This document shows, in pieces, positions 51,330 to 64,000 of a stretch of 64,000 bases of DNA. The notes under the pieces were generated by a model. It was not told the origin of the DNA and did not search any database. It was given only the letters and a program-made list of their open reading frames with translations. A program made the position numbers and the translations under genes. The DNA comes from Obrimoposthia wandeli. Taxonomy: Eukaryota. The stretch spans positions 248,001-312,000 of the forward strand of contig CDROCS010000318.1 of assembly GCA_977020255.1 (NCBI GenBank), read 5' to 3'. Positions within the stretch are counted from its first letter, which is position 1; the number at the start of each line of letters is the position of its first letter.

Positions 51330-52548
51330 GTGTCCGAGCAGAACTCGAACAGTGCAGAGTCGTCGCCGTCCAAATCGCTGTCTTCTCCAAGTCCAGCAGC
51401 AGTTATAGAAGAGTCCTCAGAAGAGGTAGCAACATCAGACAAAGAGGCAGCTCTCTCTATGGGGGAGTGTCCCATCTGCGGGCTGGTTGTGCCGCTGCTA
51501 GAAAAGATGACGGTGGGCGACAAGCTCTATCATCGGGCCTGTTATCGGCAGAATCAGCTAGCCAATCTACGCAACCGTAACCGCACTCTGGAGCGACACC
51601 AGGTCAACGAGTCCAATCGTCAGGATCCAGAGCCTGACTCAAGCTCAGCGATGAATGTGTCCATCAATGCCTCCAGTAATGACTCTCTCAGCTCCTTCCA
51701 ACAACAGCAGCAGAAGCAACAACCAGATCACAAGCAGCAACACCTACTGCCTCCACTGTCTGCCAGCAACCGCCTTTCGCAGGGAAGCCTGTCTTCTCTC
51801 ACCAGCATCGGTAGCAAGAAACGCGTCGCTCCTTTGCCTCCACCACCCAAGCCGCCCAAACCACAGAAGCAGACTCTACCAGTTGCCAAACCGCGACTAC
51901 ATAAACCGGACATCGAGGTCTATCCCGACAAGAAGAATCCATTCGAAACAGAGGAAGAAGATGTCCAGCAGCTCAATCCATTCGCAACAGAGGAAGAAGA
52001 TGTCCAGCAGCTCAATCCATTCGCTGAGTTTCTCTCCGACGAAGACAATGACAATTCGACAAAAGGTGATCAGAAGAAAGACAAGGGGGTGCAGAAGACC
52101 ACCAAACGCAAGGCTCCCGTTGTTCCAGCTCCTTTAAAGTCTGTAGGTACAAATGTAGCGACCACTCTTCCTAAAGAAGATGATGCGGAACTAAAATCAA
52201 AAGAAGTGGTAACAGAAACGAAAAAGGAGAAACAAACGGATCCTGAAGCAACATCGGAAGTGATTGAAGTAGCACCAATAGATAAAATTCCTGAAGTAAA
52301 AATGCGGGCAAGCAAGTCAGAAGAAAGCCTCAGCACTACGACAACAAGTAACAGTACTCACAGCAGCAACCGACAGACCCAGAAGGCTCCAGCGCCTTCG
52401 AGGCCTGTTCCCACAAAACGGGAGGTTCGTGGTGACAGATCGGACTTCATTGCCTTCGAGACTATCTATGCTCAATTGGAGCAGGTCAATCAAAAACAAA
52501 CCGAGATCGAGACGCGTGGCAGAACCCTACAGAACGCACTGTGGGAGA
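51330..52548 (+). CDS. MICAL-like protein, exon 5: partial LIM, Pro-rich region, 3 NPF motifs, start of bMERB
   Basis: 1,219-nt exon inside the 417-aa ORF; TTCCAG acceptor, GTGAGT donor; encodes CPICG...YHRAC, NPF x3 and LEQVNQKQTEIETRGRTLQ. Confidence 0.9.
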
Positions 52549-53599
52549 GTGAGTACAATTAACTGTTCAGTAAAATAACTTTCACTTTACAATATTTGCA
52601 TTAAGTTCTATCACAACTCTTAACTCTGAACAGATTTTGGGGTCTTTAGTCACATATGCACAACTCTACAAGGTTAGATTCAGAATATCAATGTGGAACT
52701 ACTTTTCTTGGATAATGTGGTACTAATCGAAACTTTGAGTAGCCATTTGATTCATTGTAAACTTATTTGGCATGTCAGACGTCATTGGAACTTCGATCAT
52801 GTTTCCAATATGCTGCATTTCAATAGATTTGCACGTCGTTTCCTATACATGTGCAAATTTGACACTTATTCTTCCCATTTGGTGGAAGGATCTGGACGGC
52901 TGACATAACGGAGTGATGAATTGTTCCTCTTCATAAACCTCAATAGATTTATTATACATTGAAACTAAAAATAACAAATTACACCAACAATCTGATTCCT
53001 GAAAAAAAGTTTAGAACATTCATTTTGCCATCCACTTAGGCTTTGTTTTAATCAAAACGGTTAACATAAACTCTCCAATCATAATCCATTTTTAAATCCT
53101 TTTGTAAATCTGGCCAAATGTGGGACCGACCATGTCTACCTCTTTTTTCACGTGAAAGTTTTGACAATAAATCCTTTCTCTTTCTCCTTTCCCTTATGCT
53201 GGAATAACCACCAGAAAAAATAAACTTGCCTTCCGTTTTCCACTTTGCTCTGTAAAACGAATTATCTCTAATTTAGTTTCGACTGTATATTATTTGTGAC
53301 TATGATTATATGGAATAGTTGATGTTTAATACGTGTAAATAAAGATCTTTAAATTATGTTACTTTTAACATTTTTATTGCGTGGTATACTAAAAAATATG
53401 AAAATCAACAAAATTAAGGATTTGCGTTATTCAGGAGATTTTAGGGTATATACATTCTTTACTTTCTTTGTTTTTGATGTTCATTTAATTTCAATTTGTT
53501 TGCATTAATACTCTAAATATATTGAGGTTTTTAGACCCCAAAACCACAAACAGATAATACATAAATATTCTGAATTGTGTTTTTCAATCCTCTTTGTAG

Positions 53600-53702
53600 C
53601 CAAGGAACACGATGTAAACTTCGAAGATATGCTCCAAGACTGGCTCGAATTGGTTCAAGAGAAAAATGAACTCTTCATGGAGGAAAAGAGATGGCATGAA
53701 AT
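53600..53702 (+). CDS. MICAL-like protein, exon 6 (bMERB)
   Basis: Encodes (T)KEHDVNFEDMLQDWLELVQEKNELFMEEKRWHE, matching the bMERB W-x-x-L-V-x-E-K-N-x-L motif. Confidence 0.88.
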
Positions 53703-54719
53703 GTAAGTAATACAAATAATCTATAAATGTCACTGCAAAAATTTAGTTTTATTGTATGGATAATTCAAGAAATAAATACGCCACTATCTTTGTTTGTCGG
53801 TTATTAATGGTCTAAAGATAAATAATCATTTTTGGTTATTACTGTTTTATAAGACAAAACTAAGCGAACGACATAATCTCATTTGGTAGGCTCCGCTTAT
53901 TAATATGTTGGACTCATTAATCATAGGTTTGTGATAAAACTCGACATGTATACCCTTTTGCATAAATTCACTTTGTAGGCGTTGAAGTAATTTATTATTA
54001 AATGAAATCTGAAAGAAACATGGAATCTAATGTAATAATAACAATATATTTAATATAGTGTTAATATCTGATAAATCTATGATTTAATACTTAAAATCGC
54101 TTCCTGTTTTCTGTTATTTTTCGAAATATTTTCTGAATAGTTAAATCTTCAGCTTCTTGAATTTCCAACATTGTTACAGTTTCTTTTATCAATTGGTAAA
54201 TTTTCCTAGACTCGCAGCATAAATTTTCCATCACTGTGTTTGTCATTTGAAAATTCCTTAACCAATCTACAGTCATATATTTATATATACATCGGGGTCT
54301 AGAATATCATTTTGAATATTTAGGCTCTTGAAAACAATTCTGGTATTTATAGGTAGCTAATAAAACTTCATTAAATGTTCACTCATACTTTTTTAAAAGT
54401 TTAATATAATTCTTACGCTTTGTTTATTTTTTGTATGCGATTTAAGCAGCAATATTAAACAGAAATTTGTTTAAAAATTAAGTTTTGATTTAAAAATCTT
54501 ATAGTTAAGTCAGTGATTAGGTATTTTCTTCTTATTTTTTGATATGACTGTTACAGGTTCTTATCATTATTAATTTGACAGTTCATTGTTATCTGTAATG
54601 AAGATTGATATGTTTCTTGCAGATCGAGATGGTTAGCGAAATAACATATATTAAGGCTCTTTTTTGCAAATATTCTACATCAAAACTAACTCACTATTTC
54701 AATAACCATGTCACGTGTT

Positions 54720-54990
54720 CTTTCAGGGGTACACGATGGGGTATTTAGGGGTACTTATGATTTTTCGAAAAATCCTTACTTTGATAATCGAAAACAACCA
54801 AAGTTTATATTTGATATTGATAACTCCTTTAAACTCTAGTATGAATCTTACAGGACGCATTGATTTCACGTTTTCAAGTATATTTTTACATACATTGGGT
54901 AGAACTTATCATCAAAATTATGCATGCAGATCTTAGAAAAATTTTCGATGAAGCTGTAGAGTTAATTTTGTTAAATATTGTCCACTTAAA
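54720..54990 (+). pseudogene. hAT (Buster/Charlie-like) fragment
   Basis: IKIMHADLRKIFDEAVELI resembles the Buster segment following HCxxH; short and decayed. Confidence 0.35.
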
Positions 54991-56417
54991 GTTTAACTCA
55001 TTTTCGGTTTTGTAATTGTAAGCATAATTGTAACCGACCAGATTTACTACTTACATTTATAAGTAATATATTTATGTATGTTTAAGCTTGACTTGTCAAT
55101 ATTTTGTATAAATTTAATTAAATCAAAGATCACAATAAAAAATTTATTCCCTCAGATATATTCGCTCATTTCAATTATCTCAATTTATCATTAGGATAGA
55201 ATATATTTATATTCCATATTCAAGAAAAGGTGAATTCTATTATCTCAAAATTGGAACTTTTAAATAAATGTCCGTCGTAGAGAATTTAATTCAGTTGCAT
55301 ATGTTCATTCTGGTCAAAAAAGAATTGTGATGCATTGCAAACTTTTATTGTCGTTAAAGTTTACATAATAAATATAAAATATGTACAGTAGTTATGACAT
55401 TTTAATAGATATGTACATTAGTTTGAATTTGAATAAAAATGTATTCATTCGCAGAAATACGGCATGTCAATACCGACGCTAATTTGTGTTTATAGGGATA
55501 TTAAATTTCCTGGCAACGCTCATAACTCATAGCAAATTAAGTAAGCCCTTCACCGATAACAATTAATTGCTCAGAGAAGAATTCTGATCTCTTTTTGAGG
55601 TTTATACAGCAAACCAAAATTGTTTGAATTTAACTAATTAATCAAATTAACTTCTGCTACTTCCTTTAATCGATTTTAACTCTTGAAACTGAAAAAATCG
55701 ATGAATCAGTGAATCTTATCGATATCTTAAGTTTTCTGTTTTTGAAAGAGAATAAGAGTCGTTTTTGTATGCCGAATATAATTGCTAGTTACGTTGCATT
55801 GATGGATAGCCTAGTTTGTGATCAATGTAGCATGACGGGAGAAGCTAAATGTGTCCGGCATTTGATTCATCAACTTCAAAGATGGGACCTAGAAAGTCTA
55901 TATGACTCCCACACTTCATCTCTTATATTTTGAAAAGAAGTAAACCAGAGTGATTGTTCCCGTTACATTTGGAAACATAAATATTCCAATCAAACGTATC
56001 TAAGCACTTTTTTGTTATCTTAAAAATAACTCTTAACGTCCAAATATTTCACCGAAACCCTCGAGACTTTTTATGACAAATATTTGCATTTTAACATGCT
56101 ACTGAAGCGTCGGAGAAAAATTAGACTAATTACCAAGCCATAAGCAAATGTGACCCACGACCACCTCAAATTAGCTTTGTAAAATTGCACTTTATTGTGT
56201 TTTATCGAAAAAGTACTCTGAATGGACTTACAAAGTCGTTCTTTCAGTGGTGGTTTAAATCCTTCATGGGTTCAAATGCACTCATAGATATTGTATGGTA
56301 AAAATAAGTCATAATTGTTGAGAATTTTTATTTTTAATAACATAATTTATCTTCATTATTCATGATTTCTTACTCTGTTTTTTTTTAAATTTGACCTACA
56401 TTTTGCATATTTTTCAG

Positions 56418-56491
56418 ACTCAAAATGCAAGAATTAGAAGAAAGACATTCAGACCTGGAATTCGAGTTGCGATTACTTCTAGGAATACAAG
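56418..56491 (+). CDS. MICAL-like protein, exon 7 (bMERB)
   Basis: Encodes (I)LKMQELEERHSDLEFELRLLLGIQ; GTTGGG donor, phase 1. Confidence 0.88.
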
Positions 56492-57096
56492 GTTGGGAAT
56501 GTTTTGTTTATGTTTGAATATATCAGTAATATAAGAAATTGTATTAAAGTACAGTTCCACTTATATCAGGGTCAGAACAAAATACTGATATGTGAATTTG
56601 TGCAAAGATGTATCGAATATCACAACCCTTTTAGTAGAGACTTACCAACTTCAAAGTAATTAAAAATCCTCTTATTGGTAGTTTATTGATATTGCTGGAT
56701 GTATTACTTTATACGTCCATAAAGAGTTTCATTTGAAGGTGAAGGAATATCAACTGGTTTTATAAATGCAGCATTATATTTTAGTTTAGCACATAAAAAG
56801 AAAAACAATTATAAAGATGTCTATGGTTGTAGATGAAAGTATCTATAAGCTTTTTTGTGATGTTTTAACATAAACTTTAATACATGGCAACTTGATGAAG
56901 AAATTAAAATAACTAAAGAACTTTATAATAAATATATTAAAGAGATATTTAAGATTAAAATTTATACGAAAATGGTAAAAATTAAGAATAAAAATAAGAA
57001 TAAAAATAATATAGATATTAAAATATTTAAAAAGTTTGAGAATTTTATCAAATTTGAATTTTAAAAATAAATAATTTATAAAAAAATTCATTTATT

Positions 57097-57400
57097 TTAG
57101 TTAAATTTTTCAAAAGTATACGTAGTTATTCCATCATTGTCGTTTATTATTTTTTCTTTAAAAGAATATAATTCTCTTTTATTTTGTCTCATTAGATACA
57201 TTTGTGACAACCTATAATTATCTAGATATTTAGTTTTATTATTAAATAATGTGTTTTCATATTCTTCATATCTGAAGCTTTTGTAATTCCTGTTTTTATA
57301 TGACATCCTCTGACTCAATATATTTAGCTAACATTCTAGCACTATTTCGCTTTAAAATGATATTTAGCGTAGATTTAGGAAGATGTGCTCCTTCTTTAAC
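57097..57400 (-). pseudogene. Probable C-terminal relic of a Polinton protein-primed DNA polymerase B
   Basis: YEEYENTLFNNKTKY...MYLMRQNKRELYSFKEK...NDGITTYTF resembles, from recall, the Polinton pPolB end (F-x-DY-x-x-CLF...Y-x-I-x-QNK-x-AL-x-x-FDDKR...DGI-x-T). Not confirmed by a search. Confidence 0.45.
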
Positions 57401-58829
57401 GTATTTATCATTATAAACATTACCTCAATTGAAAAAATCTTTTCACTTTTAATATCAGTCGATATTTAAACTTAAGTTGTTATCTAAACAAAATAGTAAA
57501 ATATGGTTCATATGAATAAATTAAAACTATGAAAGTAAGCGCATTATAAAAAGTTAGGTCTCTACTTTTATCATTAGAAACATGTGTGAATTCGAAATAG
57601 ATAAGCAATGTATGAGCACGCATTAAACATGCTTTACTGTACTATAGAATCAATTAAGTTTATTTGATAAACTGTTTTAATATATAATAATTTTTACTTT
57701 ATTTCTCCGCGTATAAGTGTCAAAAAAGTTTTTCAATTTACAAGTATGTATTAATATTTATTATCATTTCCATAAATTTGGTGTGTAGACTCATTTCAGT
57801 TCACTTCTAGCTTGCTTTTATTTGTCATTTTGCCATTTTAACACTTTTTTAATCATTATCTATATACCTTTTACCGAAAAAATAGTGAATTCAATTTTCA
57901 AATAGGCTATTTATAAATTCAACTTAAATTTATATCACAGTTTAATTTATTGTCGATAAGAAAGCATGAAAATATGAATTTTTCGGGATCTCTAAGTAAC
58001 AATTATCCAATAATTAATCGCAAATCAAGAAGTTGCTAATTTGCAGTCTTCTTGGAATTCAGACCACAACAGTGATATCAAAACAAGTTTCACCTTGCCA
58101 GGTTCATCAAGTGCTCAACAATGTTTATTATTTTTTTATTTCAACCCACTTATTTGCTACACAATCTCATTATACAATTTACAGTAAACATCGCTTTTAT
58201 CTTTAATCTGTTTTATCTAATAAAGCTTAAATATGTAACCAATTGATATTTTTATTACTTTTAGTACACAAAGGAAGCTTTGTCAGATAAAACAGATTAA
58301 AAATAAAATCAATGTTTTTTATATATTGTGCAAAATATTGTTTAGTAAACAAGTGCGAGATAATAGTAAATTAGGCGAAACATATTTTGATCACTGTCGT
58401 GGTATAAGTTAGATAACCACAATGAACGAATTTTATAACGTTGATTTGTGACTTATTCTACGATGTTTGTTTCTTAGAGCTCATATAAGTTTCAAAAAAT
58501 TAAAACTCTTCATATTCTGATGTTTACAATAAAATAACATTTTATAATTTTAAGTTGCATTTTTAAACTTTCTATGTTTTAATTTTCTTCCACTATTTTT
58601 AAATTGTTCGGTAAAATGTGCATAGAAATTGCTTTATTTTCATATCTTTTGACTTGCTCAATAACTTGAAGTAGTAAAATAATAGCACAGGAAGACATTA
58701 CAATTTTATTTTTTGATTAAATAACTGTTTTTAAAAAATCTTTCTTGGAAAATAAAGTTTGGGTCCTCCAAAAAAATCGTAGGGGGAATAATTATTTTCC
58801 GTATATCTTAATTTCTCTTTGAATATTAT

Positions 58830-59048
58830 CTACGCTTTCTCGCTCATAACGTTTTCCAGCTGTGGTATTATTCCTAAAGATTTTGCGACCAAAGCTTCTT
58901 GATGTAAAGTACAATGAAAAGGAATAATTTCATGATAAATTTGACAGGAGAACAATTTACGAAATCCTTTGTTTTTTACAATCTTAGCTGGTGCTCCATC
59001 TGTTGCCATGGATACTATTTGTTCGATGTTTATGTTTTTATTTCTCAA
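58830..59048 (-). pseudogene. hAT (GTF2IRD2/SPIN-like) transposase fragment
   Basis: SMATDGAPAKIVKNKGF...FHCTLHQEALVAK is the hAT TDGA / CxxH segment. Confidence 0.75.
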
Positions 59049-60959
59049 GCATTTTAAGATACTTTCTGAAACTAATTTTTAGTTAAATAAATTTGTAACT
59101 ATAATCTACACAGGGCCTGAAAAAACTATATTGAGTTAAAGTGGTCTATAAAAACAAATTAAAAAAAAACTTAGTTAATATTAAAATTCAAATATTTGCC
59201 ATGGCCTTTGAATTTTTTACGAAGAGACGCAGGTACCCGACCTTCATTATAATTTGCAAGTAGAAAAGCATTTTGAGGAATTTGCAAATATTAATGCATC
59301 AAAAATATTAAAACGAACGCTGTAATATCAATTGCATATAGCTTCGTTTGGGATTTCATTTATATGGTATCTCGGTCGCTGTAATCTGCTTTTATAGCTT
59401 GTGTAAGCATCAGTTTTACATCCTCAAATTGACTAATTATATATTTGAATATTCTTTCCCAAATGATGAATAGTATGAAATGCGGACTATATTCAGGATT
59501 TAGTTTGTCCTAATGACAATTCCCTACATTTCTCTGTGTTGGGTTGCAATTTTCTCGTTTTGTATCCAAGACTTATTTCAGGCAACTTTTGTAATCAATT
59601 TAACTGTTATAAGCAGAACGTAATAATGAATTTCACAATGTAATCGTTTTTGAAAAAGTGTAATGGCAATGCAAATCGCGTATTTAGAAAATGAATGTAA
59701 ATTTAAAGAAGAGTAAATATTTAAAAGTTTTTGTTGTAGATTAAAGGAATATAAATCAACATAGAGTCAGCTTATATTAAATATCTTTAAAGTCTTCTGT
59801 GTAAATTTGGCTGAACCTTAGAATTTAACATATTTATAAAAAAGATTTGCAAATACGAATACAATTATATTTTTATTTTTGCAATTTATACAACCACATG
59901 AGCTATTTGGTTATTTTTGAAATTTACAATTTTTTCCCGAGACATCCTGTTTTACAGACATTTTGAAAATCCTGTACTGGTACCATTAGATTTGATTTAG
60001 CAACTTCGTGCAAACTATCTTGGTGTTAAGGCACTGATTATCTTGGCAAAATGTCTGCATATGGAGTAAATTAATTTCGAGTATGTTAGAAGACCGACGT
60101 TCAGGCATAACTATTTTGATAAATAAACAGCACGTATTGTTATTGTTATTGTCATTAATGAGCAATGCAAACATATCACACATTCACGAGCATAAAGATT
60201 ACCTAAAGACCCATAAACCACAGTTTACACAATCTATTAGAGTATATCGTTGCTTTAAAATACCAAGATGTGTGCCATGCGTATAGGTATCACCGTTATC
60301 ACGAGATTGATTTCATTACGGTTTCCTCAACCTCAGTTGGTTAAACCTCTTGTTCGAAGCCAATATCATTTTTTGCATGATGTTCTTTTAATTTCTCTGT
60401 TGAACGTTTTTTATCTATATTTTCTTGGCGTTTACATAATTCGCAAATTTCTCAATTTTTATCATTAGTTAATGAACATTTGATACGTAAGAGTGACGGT
60501 TTATGAGATAGTTAATGTCAGGTTGACATCTAATAGCTCTTCTTTATTAACATTTTGATGATGTCCACTGTCAGTTCAGAAGCAACAACACCAACTTGAG
60601 GCTTTTTTCTCATTATTTTCATTAAGTTTTTCATCCGTACTTTTCTTAGTATTTAAAAAAATTAAACTTCATTTTAAAAATGATTCCTTAAATTTTCAGT
60701 ACCAAAAATATTTTTAAATTACAAAAATATTTTATAAGGACATAACCTAATTTATTTTAATTATCTTATAAATTTGTAGATATTATATTTCAAACATTTA
60801 AAAAAGTACTCTGTAACAGCTAATGAACACAGAATATCTTGAAAAATATCATTTTAAAAATATTCAAATTGAATCAGAGTATGCAATTTGAACAATATTC
60901 TGAATAGCTAATTGTAATTGTAAGAAAATATTTCTCTAGTGTTCTCCTTTCTCTTTCAG

Positions 60960-61065
60960 AGTCTCTGAAAACGGCGACAGAAAAAGCTCGCGAAGAAGAG
61001 CTTCTGAATCAGATCCTCGAGACCGTGAACCAGAGAGCCATGCTGGTGGAGAGTGAAGATGACGT
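60960..61065 (+). CDS. MICAL-like protein, exon 8 (bMERB; 3' boundary uncertain)
   Basis: Encodes (E)SLKTATEKAREEELLNQILETVNQRAMLVESEDDV. Either it splices at GTGAGC (61066) or it stops at TGA (61067-61069). Confidence 0.82.
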
Positions 61066-64000
61066 GTGAGCATTTTATTTTTGGGTTCTAGAGTCAACTT
61101 TGACTTTTTAGTTAGCTGATATTAAAGAACCCAAGATAAAAGTCAATATAAAACTCTTGATCTACATCCATTTTAGTTATTATTTTTAGTATCTACGTAA
61201 AGAGTCGGTGACAGAATTTTAAAGTTTGGATCCAAAATCTTTTTTGACTAATGTCATCAAAATTCTTTAATGTCAGACAAATTATTACATTTCCATCTTT
61301 TTATGGATAACTTCTAACGAGTCTCATACAACTTAAATAAATCTTGTGAACATAGAATTAAATTGCAATTAATTGAATTTGTCTTGATAAATTTAGTGCA
61401 AAATTTGATTTTTAAAAAATGAATTGACTTAATTAGAATTATTTGTAGAAATGAATTGTACTTTAATTAATTGAGTTTGTTTAAATGAATTTTGCCCCAA
61501 AATTTGAATTAAATTTGTTTTAATGAACTCATTTAAATTAGGTTAAAATATTTGAATTCAAAACAAAAAATGGGTTTAGACGATTCCCAGTCTTAAAAGT
61601 TGCAGTTTATCGGTTATTTTTACTAAAATTATGCATTTGCGTGAGAAAAAGTAATTTCTTATAATATTATTCATGTATAAAAGTTCCAGAATAAAGCGGC
61701 GGTTTGGTGGCCATCAGGTCCTACTAACCACCTAGAGGCTACTGACCTTGCCAATTATTTCTATGATTTGCATATTTTTTTCAGAATATTTTAACGTCAT
61801 GTGTCACAGAACACGAATATTAGAATATGCTGAAAGACACGAGATTCATGGTGTAGGAAAATCAAGATAATAAATAAAGAATCCAAACATATGAAAGGGT
61901 TGAAAGTCCAAAAGATCTCAAATAGGTCCTATTTTATTTGAATATCGATTTCTATCAGACATATAATAGCGTATAATAGCAGGTGTTTTATGACGGTGTT
62001 GTCAGTTTGTTCCCCACATATTAATTGATTGGTGCCTGACATATTGCCGGCTCACACAGAGACTGTTGATCTCCAGCATAATAGCATCTAGCATCAAACC
62101 CGTGCAATCATTTATTTTATTTACTTTCTGAACTTCTAAAATAGAACAATGATTCAATGAAACACACGGTTATTGATCAATAGCGGATTGAAGTAGACCA
62201 TCGTTTCATTCTTTGTGGAAGTTGCCAGTAAACCTGATTTATTGACGTCAATTTAACTTCACTCAATCAAATTGTTTACCATTGATATAAAGCTGATTAT
62301 AAACGAAACCATAAAAATATAGCCAGATAAATGAATATTTATAATTCAATGTTGCAAAAGGGCCAAAAAGTAATGCAAAATTTGACAAAACTAAAGTGAA
62401 TATTTTTATATATGCATTAAGTCATCCACTAAACTTTTTTTATCATCTTAAAATTTCCAAAAATCGTTTTGTAGTGTTCTCGCTGTTGACGATGGCCTTG
62501 CTTCAGCTCTTCCACAATCCGGATCATTTTCATGATCTTGCGTAGTTCTAATTTCCGATAGTCTGTTTATCTCCTGGAGTAATCCTAAAACTTTGACATA
62601 ACAAAAAAAATCCAAAATTAACAAATGCGTCCATTTATTTTTTCTATTCTGCTTCATAAAAATGAATAAGAATTACTTAATTTACGTTTCCGTGCCTGCA
62701 AAGTTCGTTTCCATTATTTTCCATGTTTATATTCAGTTTTTTTTTATATTCATTTATGTTTTCGGGCCATATATTAAAATTGTACACCAAAACATTTTGA
62801 GTAAATTACATAAATACTTTTTAAATTTGGCTAAATGACAAAAAGAACATTTAAATTGACAAATTACAAAAATACCTTTCTTATTCAATGAAATTACAAA
62901 TATTTTTCTACTATACTATTTGTAATTCAGTAATTGCAAGTGAATAACGCATTTGATATTATTCAAATAAAAAACATATTTTTATTAATGTTTTAAAAAA
63001 AAATCAAAATAATTTTAATCTCCTTTTAAAATGTCGGTAAAGTGCATGTATGCCAAGCATTTCTTTCAGAATCATGAATATGTTACGATTTCCTAGCATC
63101 TCCATAATTATCAACCATTTCTAAGTGGCATTTGTCAACGAACCTTCTGCCAACCATACAATTTGCCACGACAATCGATAATTAGCAGACAATCTCTTGA
63201 AAATAAGATTTTTAAGCAATTTATCATATTTTACCATAAGCATTCGGCATATCATATGACTTTTAACATACGCCATTGGACATTTTCTCTCAAACTTACT
63301 CAGTGGCTGAGCTTTAACGTTCAAATTCTAATCTAATAAATGAATACTCTATTCTTCACACTACACACCAATAGTTTAATGTTTACCTCTAGCATATTGT
63401 GGTGAAATTCGCATGCAGAAAACTCTGTGTGGGGTTGTTAAGGGGTCAATGATGTTTATAACTTTCAATTGATATTATTACCGTAAATTTGACCAGCAAC
63501 TTTGAATGTAATGTTTTAATATAAATGTACAGTGATGATCATTGAAATTGAAAATAGTTTTCTGGACTGTTTTAATTTAGGACTAAAATTTAGGATTTTA
63601 TCAGGAATATTTAATTAGAATCTCAATAAAGTGTCTTTTACTATTTCATTATATTGTATAAATTATAATTTGTAGAAAAGTTAAGATTCGATTTGCCTGT
63701 GAAACATTTGTATAAAACTTACCATCAGTAATGAAATCAAATCGTCTAAACCTTGCCATAGTGCCAGGGGAAGAAAGCTTAGTGGCTGATAAATGTCAGA
63801 TAACTTCATTATTAGAAAGTAATGGAACATTCGGGTATAGCGAAACATCCGAACCGTTCTATTAAAGTTGTATATAATTATGCACTCAAGCAGATTAAAC
63901 TATGAGAGTAAACATGCATATTGGATGCAAGAGACATGGGTATACGAAATTTGTCTTTTGATGCAGTCATCAGTGCATCTTAACGTTAAAGTATCCAGAC

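Noticed and set aside
51655-52499. Alternative-frame and antisense ORFs over MICAL-like exon 5 (also 20724-20972, 17524-17730, 29119-30307)
   Set aside because: Shadow ORFs of GC-richer genuine coding sequence, with no independent motifs.
56843-57091. 82-aa F/I/N/K-rich ORF
   Set aside because: Low-complexity product of extreme AT content.
63121-63460. Possible LINE reverse-transcriptase relic (GVVKGSM resembling GVPQGS)
   Set aside because: A single weak motif with no supporting upstream or YxDD motif in frame.

Overview
AT-rich animal genomic DNA with spliceosomal introns and many transposon relics; the organism cannot be identified from the window. (1) 414-14306 is a 13.9 kb element with Polinton/Maverick-type ends: 5'-AGTAG...CTACT-3' and a perfect 6-bp TSD (AATAGC). 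It encodes no polymerase, integrase or capsid. It consists of 2.5/3.8 kb inverted arms, a ~240-nt hairpin at each end, a 26-bp phased repeat, two satellite families that expanded unevenly between the arms, and a ~2 kb core. The core holds an array of covarying spaced palindromes, a 30-bp tandem repeat and a TATA-like site. (2) A minus-strand gene of at least 7 exons (22668 to about 15950) encodes an EF-hand-like repeat protein; a Tc1/IS630 element, reconstructed as DD30E, lies in its intron 4. (3) The intergenic region holds hAT relics, a Penelope-like insert whose junction is exactly a hammerhead cleavage site, a near-intact KIAA1586-like hAT (28593-31475, 8-bp TSD) and a piggyBac relic. (4) A plus-strand MICAL-like gene (CH, half-LIM, 3xNPF, bMERB; 8 exons, 34712 to about 61065) has introns containing a MITE, mariner, Tigger and hAT relics, and a probable Polinton pPolB C-terminal fragment. 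All counts and alignments were made by eye; no database searches were run.
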